Below are positions 1 to 9,694 of a stretch of DNA of 64,000 nt, one piece after another. The notes under the pieces were generated by a model, which saw only the letters and a program-made list of their open reading frames with translations, ran no database searches and had not been told where the DNA came from. Every line of letters starts with the position of its first letter. Positions within the stretch are counted from its first letter, which is position 1. Source of the DNA: an uncultured Myxococcales bacterium (GTDB lineage: Bacteria > Myxococcota > UBA727 > JABDBI01); assembly GCA_964368985.1 (NCBI GenBank), contig CAYJDW010000006.1, positions 247 through 64,246 of the forward strand, in the 5' to 3' direction. Position numbers and translations under genes: made by a program.

Positions 1-863
1 TCTACATAATCAATAATCGCATCCGCCACATCTTTCTTGGTCGCACCTTCAACGCCCTCAAGCCCTGGGGAGGAGTTTACCTCGAGTACTAAAGGCCCGC
101 GATTAGAACGGATCAAATCTACGCCCGCCACATTAAGTCCCATCGCATTGGCTGCTTTGATGGCGATTTTTCGCTCTTCGGTGGTGAGTTTAACTGGCAT
201 GGCCGATCCGCCCAGGTGGAGATTGGCTCTGAACTCGCCGCTCATTGCTACGCGTTGATAGGCTGCTACACATTTATCGCCCACAATGAAGCAGCGTAAA
301 TCAGTGCCATTTGCTTCCTTGATGAACTCTTGCACCAAGATATTTTCCCGCAGGTGTTTAAAGGCATTAATCACACTCTTCGCTGCGTTTTTAGTTTCCG
401 CAAGCACGATGCCCTTGCCTTGCGTCCCTTCCAAAAGCTTGACGACGAGGGGAGCTCCTCCCACCATTTTAATGAGATCTTCAGTGTCCTCGGCTGAACT
501 CGCGAAACCAGTGGTGGGCAGAGGAATGGATTTTTGGGCCAGCAATTGCAGAGAACGCAGTTTGTCGCGCGAACGTGAAATAGCAACGGAAGAATTCAGG
601 CAATAAATTCCCTGTGATTCAAAATGCCGAACTACGGCAGTGCCGTAGAAAGTAATGGAGGCGCCGATGCGAGGAATGACTGCATCGACGTCGTTAATGG
701 CTTCTCCGCCCCGATAGTGAATGCAGTTTTCAGTTTGAGAAATATTCATATAACAACGCGTCGTATCAAGGATGCGTACCGTGTGTCCGCGCGCGACGCC
801 CGCCTGCACGAGGCGTTCATGGGAATATAAATCAGGATTTCGTGCCAAAATAACAATCTTCAT
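1..863 (-). CDS. rimK: Ribosomal protein S6 L-glutamate ligase RimK (ATP-grasp). The 3' end runs off the window.
   Basis: Hand translation of the reverse strand from the ATG at 863 gives [29 protein letters not shown]…[35 protein letters not shown], which is typical RimK. The six-frame track misses it because it has no in-window stop. Its ATG overlaps the stop of the upstream DUF785 gene (ATGA). Confidence 0.85.
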   Translation of the reverse strand, partial: MKIVILARNPDLYSHERLVQAGVARGHTVRILDTTRCYMNISQTENCIHYRGGEAINDVDAVIPRIGASITFYGTAVVRHFESQGIYCLNSSVAISRSRDKLRSLQLLAQKSIPLPTTGFASSAEDTEDLIKMVGGAPLVVKLLEGTQGKGIVLAETKNAAKSVINAFKHLRENILVQEFIKEANGTDLRCFIVGDKCVAAYQRVAMSGEFRANLHLGGSAMPVKLTTEERKIAIKAANAMGLNVAGVDLIRSNRGPLVLEVNSSPGLEGVEGATKKDVADAIIDYV

Positions 864-1345
864 TTCTCACCAATGTGATGCTGATAAAGGGGCCTGCCCT
901 GCAAATGGGACCTGCCAGGATCAATCAAAAAATGCTTGCGTAGAGCCAATCTGCCAAGCAGCATGCGAAAGCGCAAAGGGGAGCGGTCGCTTAGGGTTAT
1001 TTGGGTGTCAAAGCTGAGTTTGCCAACCGTGAGCCTAGTAGCAATTACATAGCGGTGCTCCTTTAACCCATTGGAACTCATGACATTTCTTTGAGCGATG
1101 AGGCGAGCTTTGCAGATTTTTGAAGCATAAAGGTCGCTTTGGTGGGGAAAGACCCGAAAGCGAATAAATTGCTCGCCCTGATATTCGCTGATGCTTAATA
1201 TGAGTGCGTGCAAAGCTGAAGTGGCAGCCCCTGTATCAATCTTAGCCTTGATTTCTTTGATATTAAGTTCAGGAAGCGCGCACCATTCTTTCCAACCAAT
1301 GCGAAGCTTTTCTTTCTTTAGACCTTTAGGTTTTATTTTAGTCAC
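860..1345 (-). CDS. RimK-associated retropepsin-like protein (DUF785, 'ATP-dependent zinc protease' family)
   Basis: 161-aa ORF with the motif '…[16 protein letters not shown]…', similar to the DUF785 proteins that normally precede rimK. It is translationally coupled to rimK. Confidence 0.65.
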   Translation of the reverse strand: MTKIKPKGLKKEKLRIGWKEWCALPELNIKEIKAKIDTGAATSALHALILSISEYQGEQFIRFRVFPHQSDLYASKICKARLIAQRNVMSSNGLKEHRYVIATRLTVGKLSFDTQITLSDRSPLRFRMLLGRLALRKHFLIDPGRSHLQGRPLYQHHIGEK

Positions 1346-1514
1346 GGCCGGGCCTCGACTGGCGGGTTATTAAAACCCGCATTCTATACGGTAATTTCAA
1401 TCTTGGCGAGAGCGAGAAATTATCAATAGAAAAACCACGGAAAGACTCTCGAGAAAAGCTACGATTTGTTACCAAACCGCTTTATTTGTCATGAAGCCAC
1501 TTTGAGTTGTCATC

Positions 1515-1537
1515 TTCGTGCTTGACACGAAGCTCCA
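1515..1537 (-). terminator. Putative hairpin downstream of the 1607..3292 lipoprotein gene
   Basis: The sequence cttcgtg-cttgaca-cacgaag forms a 7-bp stem. A second hairpin, tactcggg-tcaa-gcccgagta, sits at about 1567-1588. The downstream T-tract is weak. Confidence 0.25.
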
Positions 1538-1606
1538 TGCATTGCCTTCTAAATTGGATACTCGGGTCAAGCCCGAGTATGACGGGCAATAATTCCAGCT
1601 GATTAC

Positions 1607-3292
1607 TTAAGGCCGAGGCTGACCAGTGCTTTTTTCGCGAACATAAATGCCCTTGGTTTTAACCCACAAAATCATTTTGTCGGTGTTACCAAAGAGAGTG
1701 ACTTGGCTATTGGCGCTATCATCTAGGCCCACCGCACTTTTATCGCTCATCATTTCATGTTTCTTGGTATCCAAATTTGCCAGCGTGTAATCGTTAATCG
1801 CATTAGGGCTGCCATCAACATTGACGCCCTTAAGACCATCACTTGTCATCAGGTGAATCACGCCCGTTGCTCTCACCACACCGACTATACTTAGATTTGG
1901 AAAGCTCATTTCTGCATGCTGGCCTGCAGCTTGGGTGCCATTAAAATGAGCAAGACCGCCCGTGCCGGGAGTAGTATCATTAGCGAGGCCCGCGTAATAA
2001 TGTTTGACGCCATTATTATCAAAACTACCGATGACATTGAATATTAGGTTTGGCGTTGCGGCCGATTTCCAGTTGATATCAGCGCCATCTGGCTCAGGGA
2101 AAAGGCGTGGGCTATCATCCTCAGTTTTTCCAAAATCGGCAGCAGTGGGAGCTGCTGGATCTGGGTTCGTGTGAGCATTGGGGAATTCCCAAATTCCCTG
2201 CGTGGAAGCGAGCAACAAATGGTCGTTATGCGTATTGCCGGCCCTAAGCCAGATTTGGTCGTGATTGGCACCAGCAGTTAGACGAGTTTTGAAATACTTG
2301 GGTGTGCTCCCTATCGAAACAGTGCCAGCCGCATCCTTGATAAAGACAGAGTTTGCGCTTTGTTGCCCAAAAACCACGCTAAGGCCAGCCGCGGTAGTAA
2401 TCACGTCGACAAATTTAATATCTTCATTTTTAAGATGCTGAATTTTATTATTCGGATGGAAATTACTGTCGTAGTTGCCACTAGCATCAAGTCCCCAGCT
2501 TGCTTTAGCACCTTTTAGAATCATGATTTTTTTTCCACTAAAGATCACAGCACCCTCTTCGGTCGCGATCATGGCAGAGGGTTCAGTCGTCTTGGTATCA
2601 AATGTTTGCAGGGCCGGATTTATAACGTTATTTTCAAAAGGCCGTGCACTTAGAATGCCATCTCCAGCATTTCCTACTCGCGTCCATGTCGCTCCATCAT
2701 CATCACTGTGATAAAGGCCCTTTGTCGTCGCATCAGCCCCCCTTTTATAGGCATATATTTGGCTGTGGTTGCGGCTGACCGCTACTTGACTAACGTCAGC
2801 AATGGCTGCTCCTGCGGGCAAAGTAGCCTCGGTCCAGGTGAAGATGTCCTCGGTAGTCGGTTTTTCAATGCATTTGCTGCCATCCCAATTGCACTTAGTA
2901 TTAGCGGTACAAGGACCATCGAGCTGGATAGTTCCACACTTGCCTTTTTCAGCATCGGACGCCTCATTACACTTGCGCGTATCATCAACGTAAATGCACT
3001 GATCACTCCCTTTGCAATCGTTTTCATTTTTGTCTTCGCACTTGCCCAGCGGAGGAGTGGTTGCTACGCTACACTGCTTGGTCGCGCCATCATAAACGCA
3101 GGCCTTGCTATCTTCTTTTGCTTGTTTGCATTCCGCTTCTTTGCCGTGGAAGCTTGCGCATTTGGTAGATGCAGAATTATAAGTCGCAGGCGTGGGGGTA
3201 TCGGCGCCATCGTTTTTGCATCCGCTTGCGAAAAGAACCGTTGCCAAGAAAATCATTTTAAGCATTAAGCTCCAGCAATATTTTTGATTCAT
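1607..3292 (-). CDS. Surface lipoprotein with three tandem 4-Cys repeats followed by a BNR/Asp-box beta-propeller-like domain
   Basis: The start at MNQKY is preceded by a gaggag RBS. The lipobox is LFASGC. The repeat pattern C-x6-9-C-x5-9-C-x-[YW]D-x4-C occurs three times. The motif 'SDDDGATW' is a BNR (Asp-box) signature. Confidence 0.7.
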   Translation of the reverse strand: MNQKYCWSLMLKMIFLATVLFASGCKNDGADTPTPATYNSASTKCASFHGKEAECKQAKEDSKACVYDGATKQCSVATTPPLGKCEDKNENDCKGSDQCIYVDDTRKCNEASDAEKGKCGTIQLDGPCTANTKCNWDGSKCIEKPTTEDIFTWTEATLPAGAAIADVSQVAVSRNHSQIYAYKRGADATTKGLYHSDDDGATWTRVGNAGDGILSARPFENNVINPALQTFDTKTTEPSAMIATEEGAVIFSGKKIMILKGAKASWGLDASGNYDSNFHPNNKIQHLKNEDIKFVDVITTAAGLSVVFGQQSANSVFIKDAAGTVSIGSTPKYFKTRLTAGANHDQIWLRAGNTHNDHLLLASTQGIWEFPNAHTNPDPAAPTAADFGKTEDDSPRLFPEPDGADINWKSAATPNLIFNVIGSFDNNGVKHYYAGLANDTTPGTGGLAHFNGTQAAGQHAEMSFPNLSIVGVVRATGVIHLMTSDGLKGVNVDGSPNAINDYTLANLDTKKHEMMSDKSAVGLDDSANSQVTLFGNTDKMILWVKTKGIYVREKSTGQPRP

Positions 3293-3446
3293 CCTAAATA
3301 TCTCCTCGTGAAAAAGGTATCTGGCAATCACATAACCTATCTATTTAGTCCCAACAACAGCATCGATTTTTGGTAATGAAAAAATTAAATTTCGAAATAT
3401 TAATTTGAAAACAATAAAATGTGGTTCTCGTCTAGTTTTGATTGAG

Positions 3447-3470
3447 ATATTCGAGAATGCCCTCGAATAT
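3447..3470. promoter_or_regulatory. Perfect inverted repeat ATATTCGAG-n6-CTCGAATAT, a candidate operator in a divergent intergenic region
   Basis: The 9-bp arms are exactly reverse-complementary. The site lies between the divergent genes 1607..3292(-) and 3554..4120(+). Confidence 0.4.
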
Positions 3471-3553
3471 AAAGCGGCGCCGGTTTTTTATCGAAAGGCC
3501 TTTTTTTATTTTCTCACCTCAACTAGGCTTTATCAAAACTGAGGACGAACTAA

Positions 3554-4120
3554 ATGAGTTTCTTTACTCTTCAAAATATTTTATTTTGTTATTTATTTTT
3601 TGCCTTTACTGCTAGCGGGGAAACACCGCTCGGCAACAGAATTTCCGCGAGCGTAAATGGTGGTTTTGGAGGACGTTACCATCTCAGTTATGAGAGAAGA
3701 TTTTCTCATATTTTTGGCTTAGAAGCAGGCGCGGAAATCGGAGAAGATATAATCAAAATACCTTATATTAGATTGCAGCATGCAGGGCCTTTTGCCGCGG
3801 CTAATCTATATTTAACCGCCGAGGAAGAAAAACATCAATTCTATATTTCTCCTCGCATCCATCTCGCTTTTGGTCGATCCATGCACGTAAATGATGATCC
3901 TGCCGATGATGCACGTAAATCGGAAATACTTGGCATCTCAGCACTTCGTGCCTCCGTTTTTGTGATGTATCGCTATCTTTTGCCATTTCAAATGACGATA
4001 GAAGCCGGTCTCGGGGTTGATGCAGTATCAATGCTCATACCTTTCGAACGAGCGCATGCTTTATCGTGGCATTCTTTGCCTATTCCAAAGATTCATCTTG
4101 GGATTGGTTATGCTTTTTAA
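3554..4120 (+). CDS. Small outer-membrane beta-barrel-like protein (hypothetical)
   Basis: A GAGGA RBS precedes the start. The protein has a signal peptide (MSFFTLQNILFCYLFFAFTASG), alternating amphipathic segments and a C-terminal '…GIGYAF' aromatic end typical of OMPs. Confidence 0.5.
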   Translation: MSFFTLQNILFCYLFFAFTASGETPLGNRISASVNGGFGGRYHLSYERRFSHIFGLEAGAEIGEDIIKIPYIRLQHAGPFAAANLYLTAEEEKHQFYISPRIHLAFGRSMHVNDDPADDARKSEILGISALRASVFVMYRYLLPFQMTIEAGLGVDAVSMLIPFERAHALSWHSLPIPKIHLGIGYAF

Positions 4121-4125
4121 TCACA

Positions 4126-7122
4126 TCAAAGAATTAACATCAATATTTTATTAATGGCCACTTCATCAAAGAAAAACCAATAAAAAGTTATAAATAACCA
4201 GATAGTAAATAAGAGCGACCAATAATTGGTGACTATACTTGAATTTATACGTGTTCGTTGTTCCGCAGTGAGAGTTTTATGATAGCTGAATGCGGTAATA
4301 AAGAAGATTATCAATATCATCAGATAAGAACTGATAAGCAATAGTTCCATGTAAATTAAATTTTTGCTGACATAAACAGAGCTAAAATTGCTATGAAGTA
4401 AAAGTGTCGCAAATAATAAAGCTAAACAAGCTGATATGGTCGTACTAATTGTGTTTATTTCTTTATGAGCTAGTAAAATCACAATGAAAAGGGCTGATAA
4501 TATAATCAATTGTGGCAGACCATAAAGTATCCATGCATTGGTTAGGCTGCTTTTTTGTTCAATATTAAAAGTTAGCACTGGTATATTGAAGGAGTGATGA
4601 GTAAAAAGGCCGTCATTTTTTTTAAACATTGAAAAGTTAGTATTAAATATTAAATTTTGATTGTCGTTTTCCGGAGAGATTCCTATAAATTTTCCCGGTT
4701 GTTTAGGTGGATATGAATTAAAATCAGGAACAAAAACTACGGGCTCTATTAAGTTATTTGGCAGAACGGTTAATGATATTGTTTGGATATCAAATGGGTA
4801 AAAATTAATAGTATCATTTATTATTATCGTGGAGTTGAAATTATAGAGCCATTTTATGTCATTGTCCTCGGCAGGAAATTTTCCAAAGGATGTAATCCTA
4901 GTATCCAGTGCTTCTTTAAAATGAAAGGGATAAGGCTCCGCTTGGTCAGATTCTCTCACTTGCCACATTCGACCGCTTATAGTAGCAATTTTGCTATCTT
5001 TGATAAAAAATTCGTCAATCTCAATACCAAACAATATTTTTTTGACATTTTTAATATTACTGCTTTGCAAGATTTTATTTAAAATTAATTCAGTGGAAGG
5101 CGCATCATTTAATTTGCTGTCTTTATTTTTTTCATAAAATTCTAAAGAGGCAAGTTTAATCCAAAATAAAGCAAGTGAAGTTAGTAACACAGCTGTGACA
5201 CTAATTATAAAGAAATATAGATTGTGAGTTTTATTTCTAATGAGCGATGAAATAAGAAATATTAAGGCAATTGCAGATAATGTTGCGAATGCTATGTTTA
5301 ACCCATACCAGGTAAATAGGGTTTTATTGCTATATATTATTTGAGAAAATGAAATATAAGCGAGGCGTAAATCTAGCTTGGCGAGGGCCACAAACCTTAT
5401 AAATGAACCATCATTATTTTCTTGATCAGACCTTAATAATTGATCAACAGTTGAAAAATTTGTATTTTTCAGAAGCAATATATTTTTTTCATTGGTTTCA
5501 GAGTTTATATAATCAAGATTAACTTCTTCTTCTAAAAAATGTCTATGAGGATGATATAAAATCTTATTATCCGAATCAAATGCTATTAAATAACCATAAT
5601 TGGCAATAGATAAGTTGGCTAAATGACTTCTTATTGTGTCCATCTTTAAACTCACCAACACATAGCCAATTATTTTTTTGTCATTTTCATAGATGGGGGC
5701 GCAAAAAGAAATTACATCGACAGAATCAGTATAATCATATCGCTTAGACCAATTTTGAGTGCCTCGGCTGCATGTTTCTGCCCAATAATCATGAAGTTGG
5801 GGGGAAGATCTTGCATCAAAAGAAGTTAATTTAGCTTCTCTTTTTATGCTGGGCCAATCTAAATTTTTGTCATTAAAAATTACATTTATTGCGTAAATTT
5901 TATCATAATTTTTTGCTGTAATTTTAAGACGATTATTGATTAATTTATGGATCAACTTTTTGTCGCTAATATCTTCAGATAAAGAAGAACTAATAAATTC
6001 AGCCAAATTGACTAAACCATTAGTTTGGAGCAATGCATTGTCAACAATGACTTTAGACTCGTTCTCGGCTTCTCCAGCCAAATAAGCGTCGTAGTTTATA
6101 TATTTGTTAATAGAAATAATAGTAAAAAAAGCTGTATGCCCAAATACTAAGGCTAAAAAGAAGATTAGAATGAACCTGTCGGTTTGGAAAAATTTTAAGC
6201 ATAAGTTATTTAAAAATGTGTAAATTAATAATGATAATGGTAGAAAGAGTAATATGAAAAATAATAAGTAAATTATATTAATGCGTACCAAATCCAGCAT
6301 TGAAGCTTCAACATGTTCAATAAAAAAACCGCCATTGATGGTAGGCACTGGCTTATAGAAATAACTTGCACCATTTATATTGCGAGCTTGCCCATAAATG
6401 CCTTTTAATGCCAGGGAAGGGGGGAATTTATTGGCTTCCTCCTGATTTAAATAATTAATCATTAATCCGGTAGTATTTGAATTCTTTCTGATGATAGTTA
6501 TGTTTTGTTGCTGCGATAAGATTATTCCATGCACATTCTCCTGGTTTTCAGAATTAGTCCCCAAAAGCGCGGCAGCAATTTTGGGAGCATCTAAGCTTAT
6601 TGAGGCAAGTCCAATTAGTTTTTGTTGGAAGAAGACTGGAGTAGCGATACTGACAGTTAACCTTTGTTTATTTGACTCCGAAATATATAAACCCGCTACC
6701 TGAGTAGAAAGAAATTTAACAGCGTTTGGAATGGCATCAGGAATGGGAACAAATTGTCCAAGAGGATTCCCAGACAACACGTTATTAAGATTATTGTCCA
6801 GTAGACTGATACCTAAGAATTTTAGCTCGTGCTCAATTCCACTGGCAATTTTGGGATTTTTACTAAAAAAGAGGGAGCTTATTCGAGAGTCATGGGCGAT
6901 TAATTCAGCTTGTTCTTTTAGGTCGTCTAACTCGCTATCAATCGGTGCCATTTGTTCAAGAAGTTTTTTGTTTAATGTATCGAAAAGTATCACTTGCTGT
7001 TTTTCATTGGATAGAACAAAAATCTTGTAAACGAGATGGATAGAAATAAGAAAAAAACCCGCGAAGAAAACCAAAAAAGGCTTCCAACTAAATCGATCAA
7101 AGAAAAATTTAATATATTTCAT
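4126..7122 (-). CDS. Large membrane receptor protein, about 1000 aa. The C-terminus is a pentameric ligand-gated ion channel (pLGIC/Cys-loop family) module: extracellular domain plus M1-M4. It is preceded by two additional periplasmic segments, each flanked by TM hairpins.
   Basis: The C-terminal ~330 aa contain the loop signature 'NFYPFDIQTISLTV' (FPFD-Q, as in the GLIC/ELIC loop). They also contain an M1 helix with conserved Pro (YGLPQLIILSALF), a Ser/Thr/Leu-rich M2 (TISTTISACLALLFATLLL), an M3 helix, a short M3–M4 loop and an M4 helix (TNYWSLLFTIWLF). Upstream, the predicted topology is TM1, ~240-aa periplasmic segment, TM2-3 hairpin, ~250-aa periplasmic segment, TM4-5 hairpin, then the channel extracellular domain. 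The start is chosen at MKYIKFF (ATG at 7122), which overlaps the PBP stop as ATGA. The gene is very AT-rich and Asn/Ile/Lys-rich. Confidence 0.75.
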   Translation of the reverse strand: MKYIKFFFDRFSWKPFLVFFAGFFLISIHLVYKIFVLSNEKQQVILFDTLNKKLLEQMAPIDSELDDLKEQAELIAHDSRISSLFFSKNPKIASGIEHELKFLGISLLDNNLNNVLSGNPLGQFVPIPDAIPNAVKFLSTQVAGLYISESNKQRLTVSIATPVFFQQKLIGLASISLDAPKIAAALLGTNSENQENVHGIILSQQQNITIIRKNSNTTGLMINYLNQEEANKFPPSLALKGIYGQARNINGASYFYKPVPTINGGFFIEHVEASMLDLVRINIIYLLFFILLFLPLSLLIYTFLNNLCLKFFQTDRFILIFFLALVFGHTAFFTIISINKYINYDAYLAGEAENESKVIVDNALLQTNGLVNLAEFISSSLSEDISDKKLIHKLINNRLKITAKNYDKIYAINVIFNDKNLDWPSIKREAKLTSFDARSSPQLHDYWAETCSRGTQNWSKRYDYTDSVDVISFCAPIYENDKKIIGYVLVSLKMDTIRSHLANLSIANYGYLIAFDSDNKILYHPHRHFLEEEVNLDYINSETNEKNILLLKNTNFSTVDQLLRSDQENNDGSFIRFVALAKLDLRLAYISFSQIIYSNKTLFTWYGLNIAFATLSAIALIFLISSLIRNKTHNLYFFIISVTAVLLTSLALFWIKLASLEFYEKNKDSKLNDAPSTELILNKILQSSNIKNVKKILFGIEIDEFFIKDSKIATISGRMWQVRESDQAEPYPFHFKEALDTRITSFGKFPAEDNDIKWLYNFNSTIIINDTINFYPFDIQTISLTVLPNNLIEPVVFVPDFNSYPPKQPGKFIGISPENDNQNLIFNTNFSMFKKNDGLFTHHSFNIPVLTFNIEQKSSLTNAWILYGLPQLIILSALFIVILLAHKEINTISTTISACLALLFATLLLHSNFSSVYVSKNLIYMELLLISSYLMILIIFFITAFSYHKTLTAEQRTRINSSIVTNYWSLLFTIWLFITFYWFFFDEVAINKILMLIL

Positions 7123-8357
7123 TTGCTTGTTTGACTCCAATGCCCGCCCCATCCTTTGTAAAGCTGCTCTAATAATTTGAGCCACTCTTTTTTAGGCCGG
7201 GTAGGAATGAATGGTACCGGCTCAATAGGCATGCCCGAGGACCATAAGATCTTGAAATCACCTATTTTGTTGATTTGAGCGATCCGGATAATACGCCAAG
7301 CGTGCTGGGTATGTGGATCTAAATAAACTAAGCCACTGGGAGAAGCGATTGATTGACCTCGTAATGCCTTTGTTACCGCGCTTGCTTGCCAAGTATTTGC
7401 CGCTTTTACTGCTTGGTGCCAGAGCATGACGCCATTATAAGCCGATTCCATTGGGTCAAAAACTTTAAGCTGGGGATTAAGCAGAGGCTTAATGGCAGAT
7501 AAAAATTGTTCATTTTCTTTTGTATCTATAGCCTGAAAATAACTCCAGGTGGTGTAGTCACCAAGCATGGACTCGTAGCCGAGTAAGCGGACATCTTCTT
7601 CAGTGAGGCTAAAAGACATCGTTGGAATGATATCTGGCGTGATTCCGGCTTCACGTAAGAGATTAAAGAAAATCAGATTAGTATCGCCATTAATAAGATT
7701 TAAAATAACATCGGGCTTTAACGTCTTAATATCATTAATGGCTTGTGAAACATCTTTGGAGCCTAGAGGCATAAAGGAAAAACCCGTCAACACGCCCCCA
7801 TAGGCTTTTAATGCATCTTTAATAATCTCTAAGGCTACTTTTGGAAAAACATAATCACTGCCAACGACATAGAATTTTGGTCCACGTTGTTTAATCATCC
7901 AAGAGACAGCTGGTAAAATTTGTTGATTAGCAGACATTCCTAAATAAAATATATTTTTTGACTGCTCTAACCCTTCGTATTGCAAAGGGTACAGGAGTAA
8001 ATGATCATGTTCTTCAATGACTTCTTTTACTGCTTTACGCGAAGATGAAGTCCAACACCCAAAGATTACAGACACTTGTTCTTTTTCGATAAGTTCGCGT
8101 GCCATTTTGGCAAAATATTGTTCATCCGACCGGCCATCTTTTATGATGGGAACAATAGTTTTTCCTAAAATCCCGCCTTGTTGATTAATGACTTCAATAG
8201 CATGCAACGTAGCTGCTAAGACAGGGCCTTCTGCCGTAGCCATAGACCCACTTTGTGAGTGAAGCACACCCACCTTAATAACCCCGCTGTTTTTGCTACA
8301 GCCGACCAGAAACAAGGCCAGGCAAAATTTTGTGGCTATTATAAAGATGTTTTTCAT
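7119..8357 (-). CDS. Type-I periplasmic binding protein (ANF-receptor/LivJ/AmiC-like) lipoprotein
   Basis: The signal peptide and lipobox are LFLVGCSK. The N-terminal 'IKVGVLHSQSGSMATAEGPVLAATLHAIEVINQQGGILGK' is characteristic of the Peripla_BP_6 / Leu-Ile-Val-binding family. The stop overlaps the start of the pLGIC gene. Confidence 0.75.
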   Translation of the reverse strand: MKNIFIIATKFCLALFLVGCSKNSGVIKVGVLHSQSGSMATAEGPVLAATLHAIEVINQQGGILGKTIVPIIKDGRSDEQYFAKMARELIEKEQVSVIFGCWTSSSRKAVKEVIEEHDHLLLYPLQYEGLEQSKNIFYLGMSANQQILPAVSWMIKQRGPKFYVVGSDYVFPKVALEIIKDALKAYGGVLTGFSFMPLGSKDVSQAINDIKTLKPDVILNLINGDTNLIFFNLLREAGITPDIIPTMSFSLTEEDVRLLGYESMLGDYTTWSYFQAIDTKENEQFLSAIKPLLNPQLKVFDPMESAYNGVMLWHQAVKAANTWQASAVTKALRGQSIASPSGLVYLDPHTQHAWRIIRIAQINKIGDFKILWSSGMPIEPVPFIPTRPKKEWLKLLEQLYKGWGGHWSQTSK

Positions 8358-8554
8358 TGAAATATATTAATACAGTTTAAATTTTTTATATTGAAATTAT
8401 TGGTGGATAATGGATAAAACCTGTAAAATGGCGTATAAAATAGATATTCTAAATCATTGTCCGAGAACTTGATACTTTTCCCTATCCAGGCGTTGACTAC
8501 GGCGTCAGTAGGCCTAAGTTTTAAGCTGCCTCACCTAAAAATTCCTGGTGAACC

Positions 8555-9694
8555 ATGAGATACGCACTTTCGAGCTTCCTGCTAGAAAAATTTCCAGAAC
8601 TGGCCACCCCTATCTATGGTCTCCCAGCTTGGTATTGGGCTAGTATTTTGTTGGCATTGCTTATTTCTTTGCTGGCCGCAAGCTCATTAAAAAAACCTCT
8701 TGGCAATTTGGTCGCCTTTTTATCGAACCAGAAAGAACTGCACGATAAAAGGCTCTTCATTGAGAAACTCAATGGTCCCATCAGCGTTTTTGCGACCATC
8801 GTGAGCTTTCTTATTTTGAGTATTTTCATCAAAGACCCTGAGCAAAAAGATCAGACCGTATCGGTGGCTCTGAAACTGGCAGTTTTCTTAGGTTTTACCT
8901 ATTTGTTTTACCGCCTCATTGATCTTGGTTTCACCCGCATGATTCGCAATAATCAAAGTCCCCGCTCGCGCGTAGGCTTGGTTTTGCCGCTGGGGCGCAG
9001 GGTGGCAAAAACCATGCTGATAATTTTGGCATTTTTGCTCCTGCTGGGTCAGGTGGGTGTCGATGTTTCGGCCTTTTTAGTGGGATTAGGAGTAGGGGGC
9101 TTGGCCATCGCTTTAGCGGCGCAAAAGATCTTAGAAAACCTTTTTGGCGGCGCGGTGCTCTCTCTCGATCAGCCTTTTCAAGTAGGCGATTATTGCCGCT
9201 GTGGCGATATTCTAGGCTATATCGAGGAAATCGGCATTCGCTCTACAAGAATACGGACTTTGGATAGAACCCTCGTCACGATTCCTAATTCTAAGCTTTC
9301 GGAAATCCATATCGAAAACTATATGGAGCGAGAAAAAATACGGCTCTATTCGATCTTACGCATTGATTTATCGACTTCTCTTGCGCAGCTGCATGAACTA
9401 TTATCCGAGTTTGAACGCTTGCTTTTATCTAATGAGAATTTTTACCAGGATATATATCGTATCCGCTTAATTGCTATTACTGATTTAGGATATGAGGTGG
9501 AAATATATTCATTCGCGAAGACTACTGAATGGCGAGTATTTGCCGCCATGAGAGAAGAATTATTTTTTACCTATTTGGCGAAAATGGAAGAGCTCGGCGT
9601 TAAGTTTGCCTTTCCGAGCCAGCATGTCTATTTGCAAGAACCCGAAGGCCAAGAAATTAAAACTCAATCGCCTTCAGTTGTTCATGAATCCTAA
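8555..9694 (+). CDS. Small-conductance mechanosensitive channel (MscS family)
   Basis: N-terminal TM helices are followed by the MscS beta-domain signature '…[51 protein letters not shown]…'. Confidence 0.8.
   Translation: MRYALSSFLLEKFPELATPIYGLPAWYWASILLALLISLLAASSLKKPLGNLVAFLSNQKELHDKRLFIEKLNGPISVFATIVSFLILSIFIKDPEQKDQTVSVALKLAVFLGFTYLFYRLIDLGFTRMIRNNQSPRSRVGLVLPLGRRVAKTMLIILAFLLLLGQVGVDVSAFLVGLGVGGLAIALAAQKILENLFGGAVLSLDQPFQVGDYCRCGDILGYIEEIGIRSTRIRTLDRTLVTIPNSKLSEIHIENYMEREKIRLYSILRIDLSTSLAQLHELLSEFERLLLSNENFYQDIYRIRLIAITDLGYEVEIYSFAKTTEWRVFAAMREELFFTYLAKMEELGVKFAFPSQHVYLQEPEGQEIKTQSPSVVHES

Noticed and set aside
2708-3268. 186-aa plus-strand ORF and other ORFs (2044..2271, 2475..2711, 2782..3027) inside the 1607..3292 gene
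   Set aside because: They are antisense or alternative-frame to a gene with clear lipobox, Cys-repeat and BNR signatures, and have no RBS.
7123-7185. N-terminal extension (MAQIIRAALQRMGRALESNKQ) of the pLGIC-fusion ORF
   Set aside because: It would overlap the last 22 codons of the PBP gene. The internal ATG at 7122 gives a canonical ATGA coupling and a cytoplasmic N-terminus before TM1.
8358-8554. Sigma-70 promoter call in the PBP / MscS divergent spacer (TTGACT…)
   Set aside because: A TTGACT hexamer is present, but no convincing -10 element lies at the correct spacing, so it is not reported as a feature.
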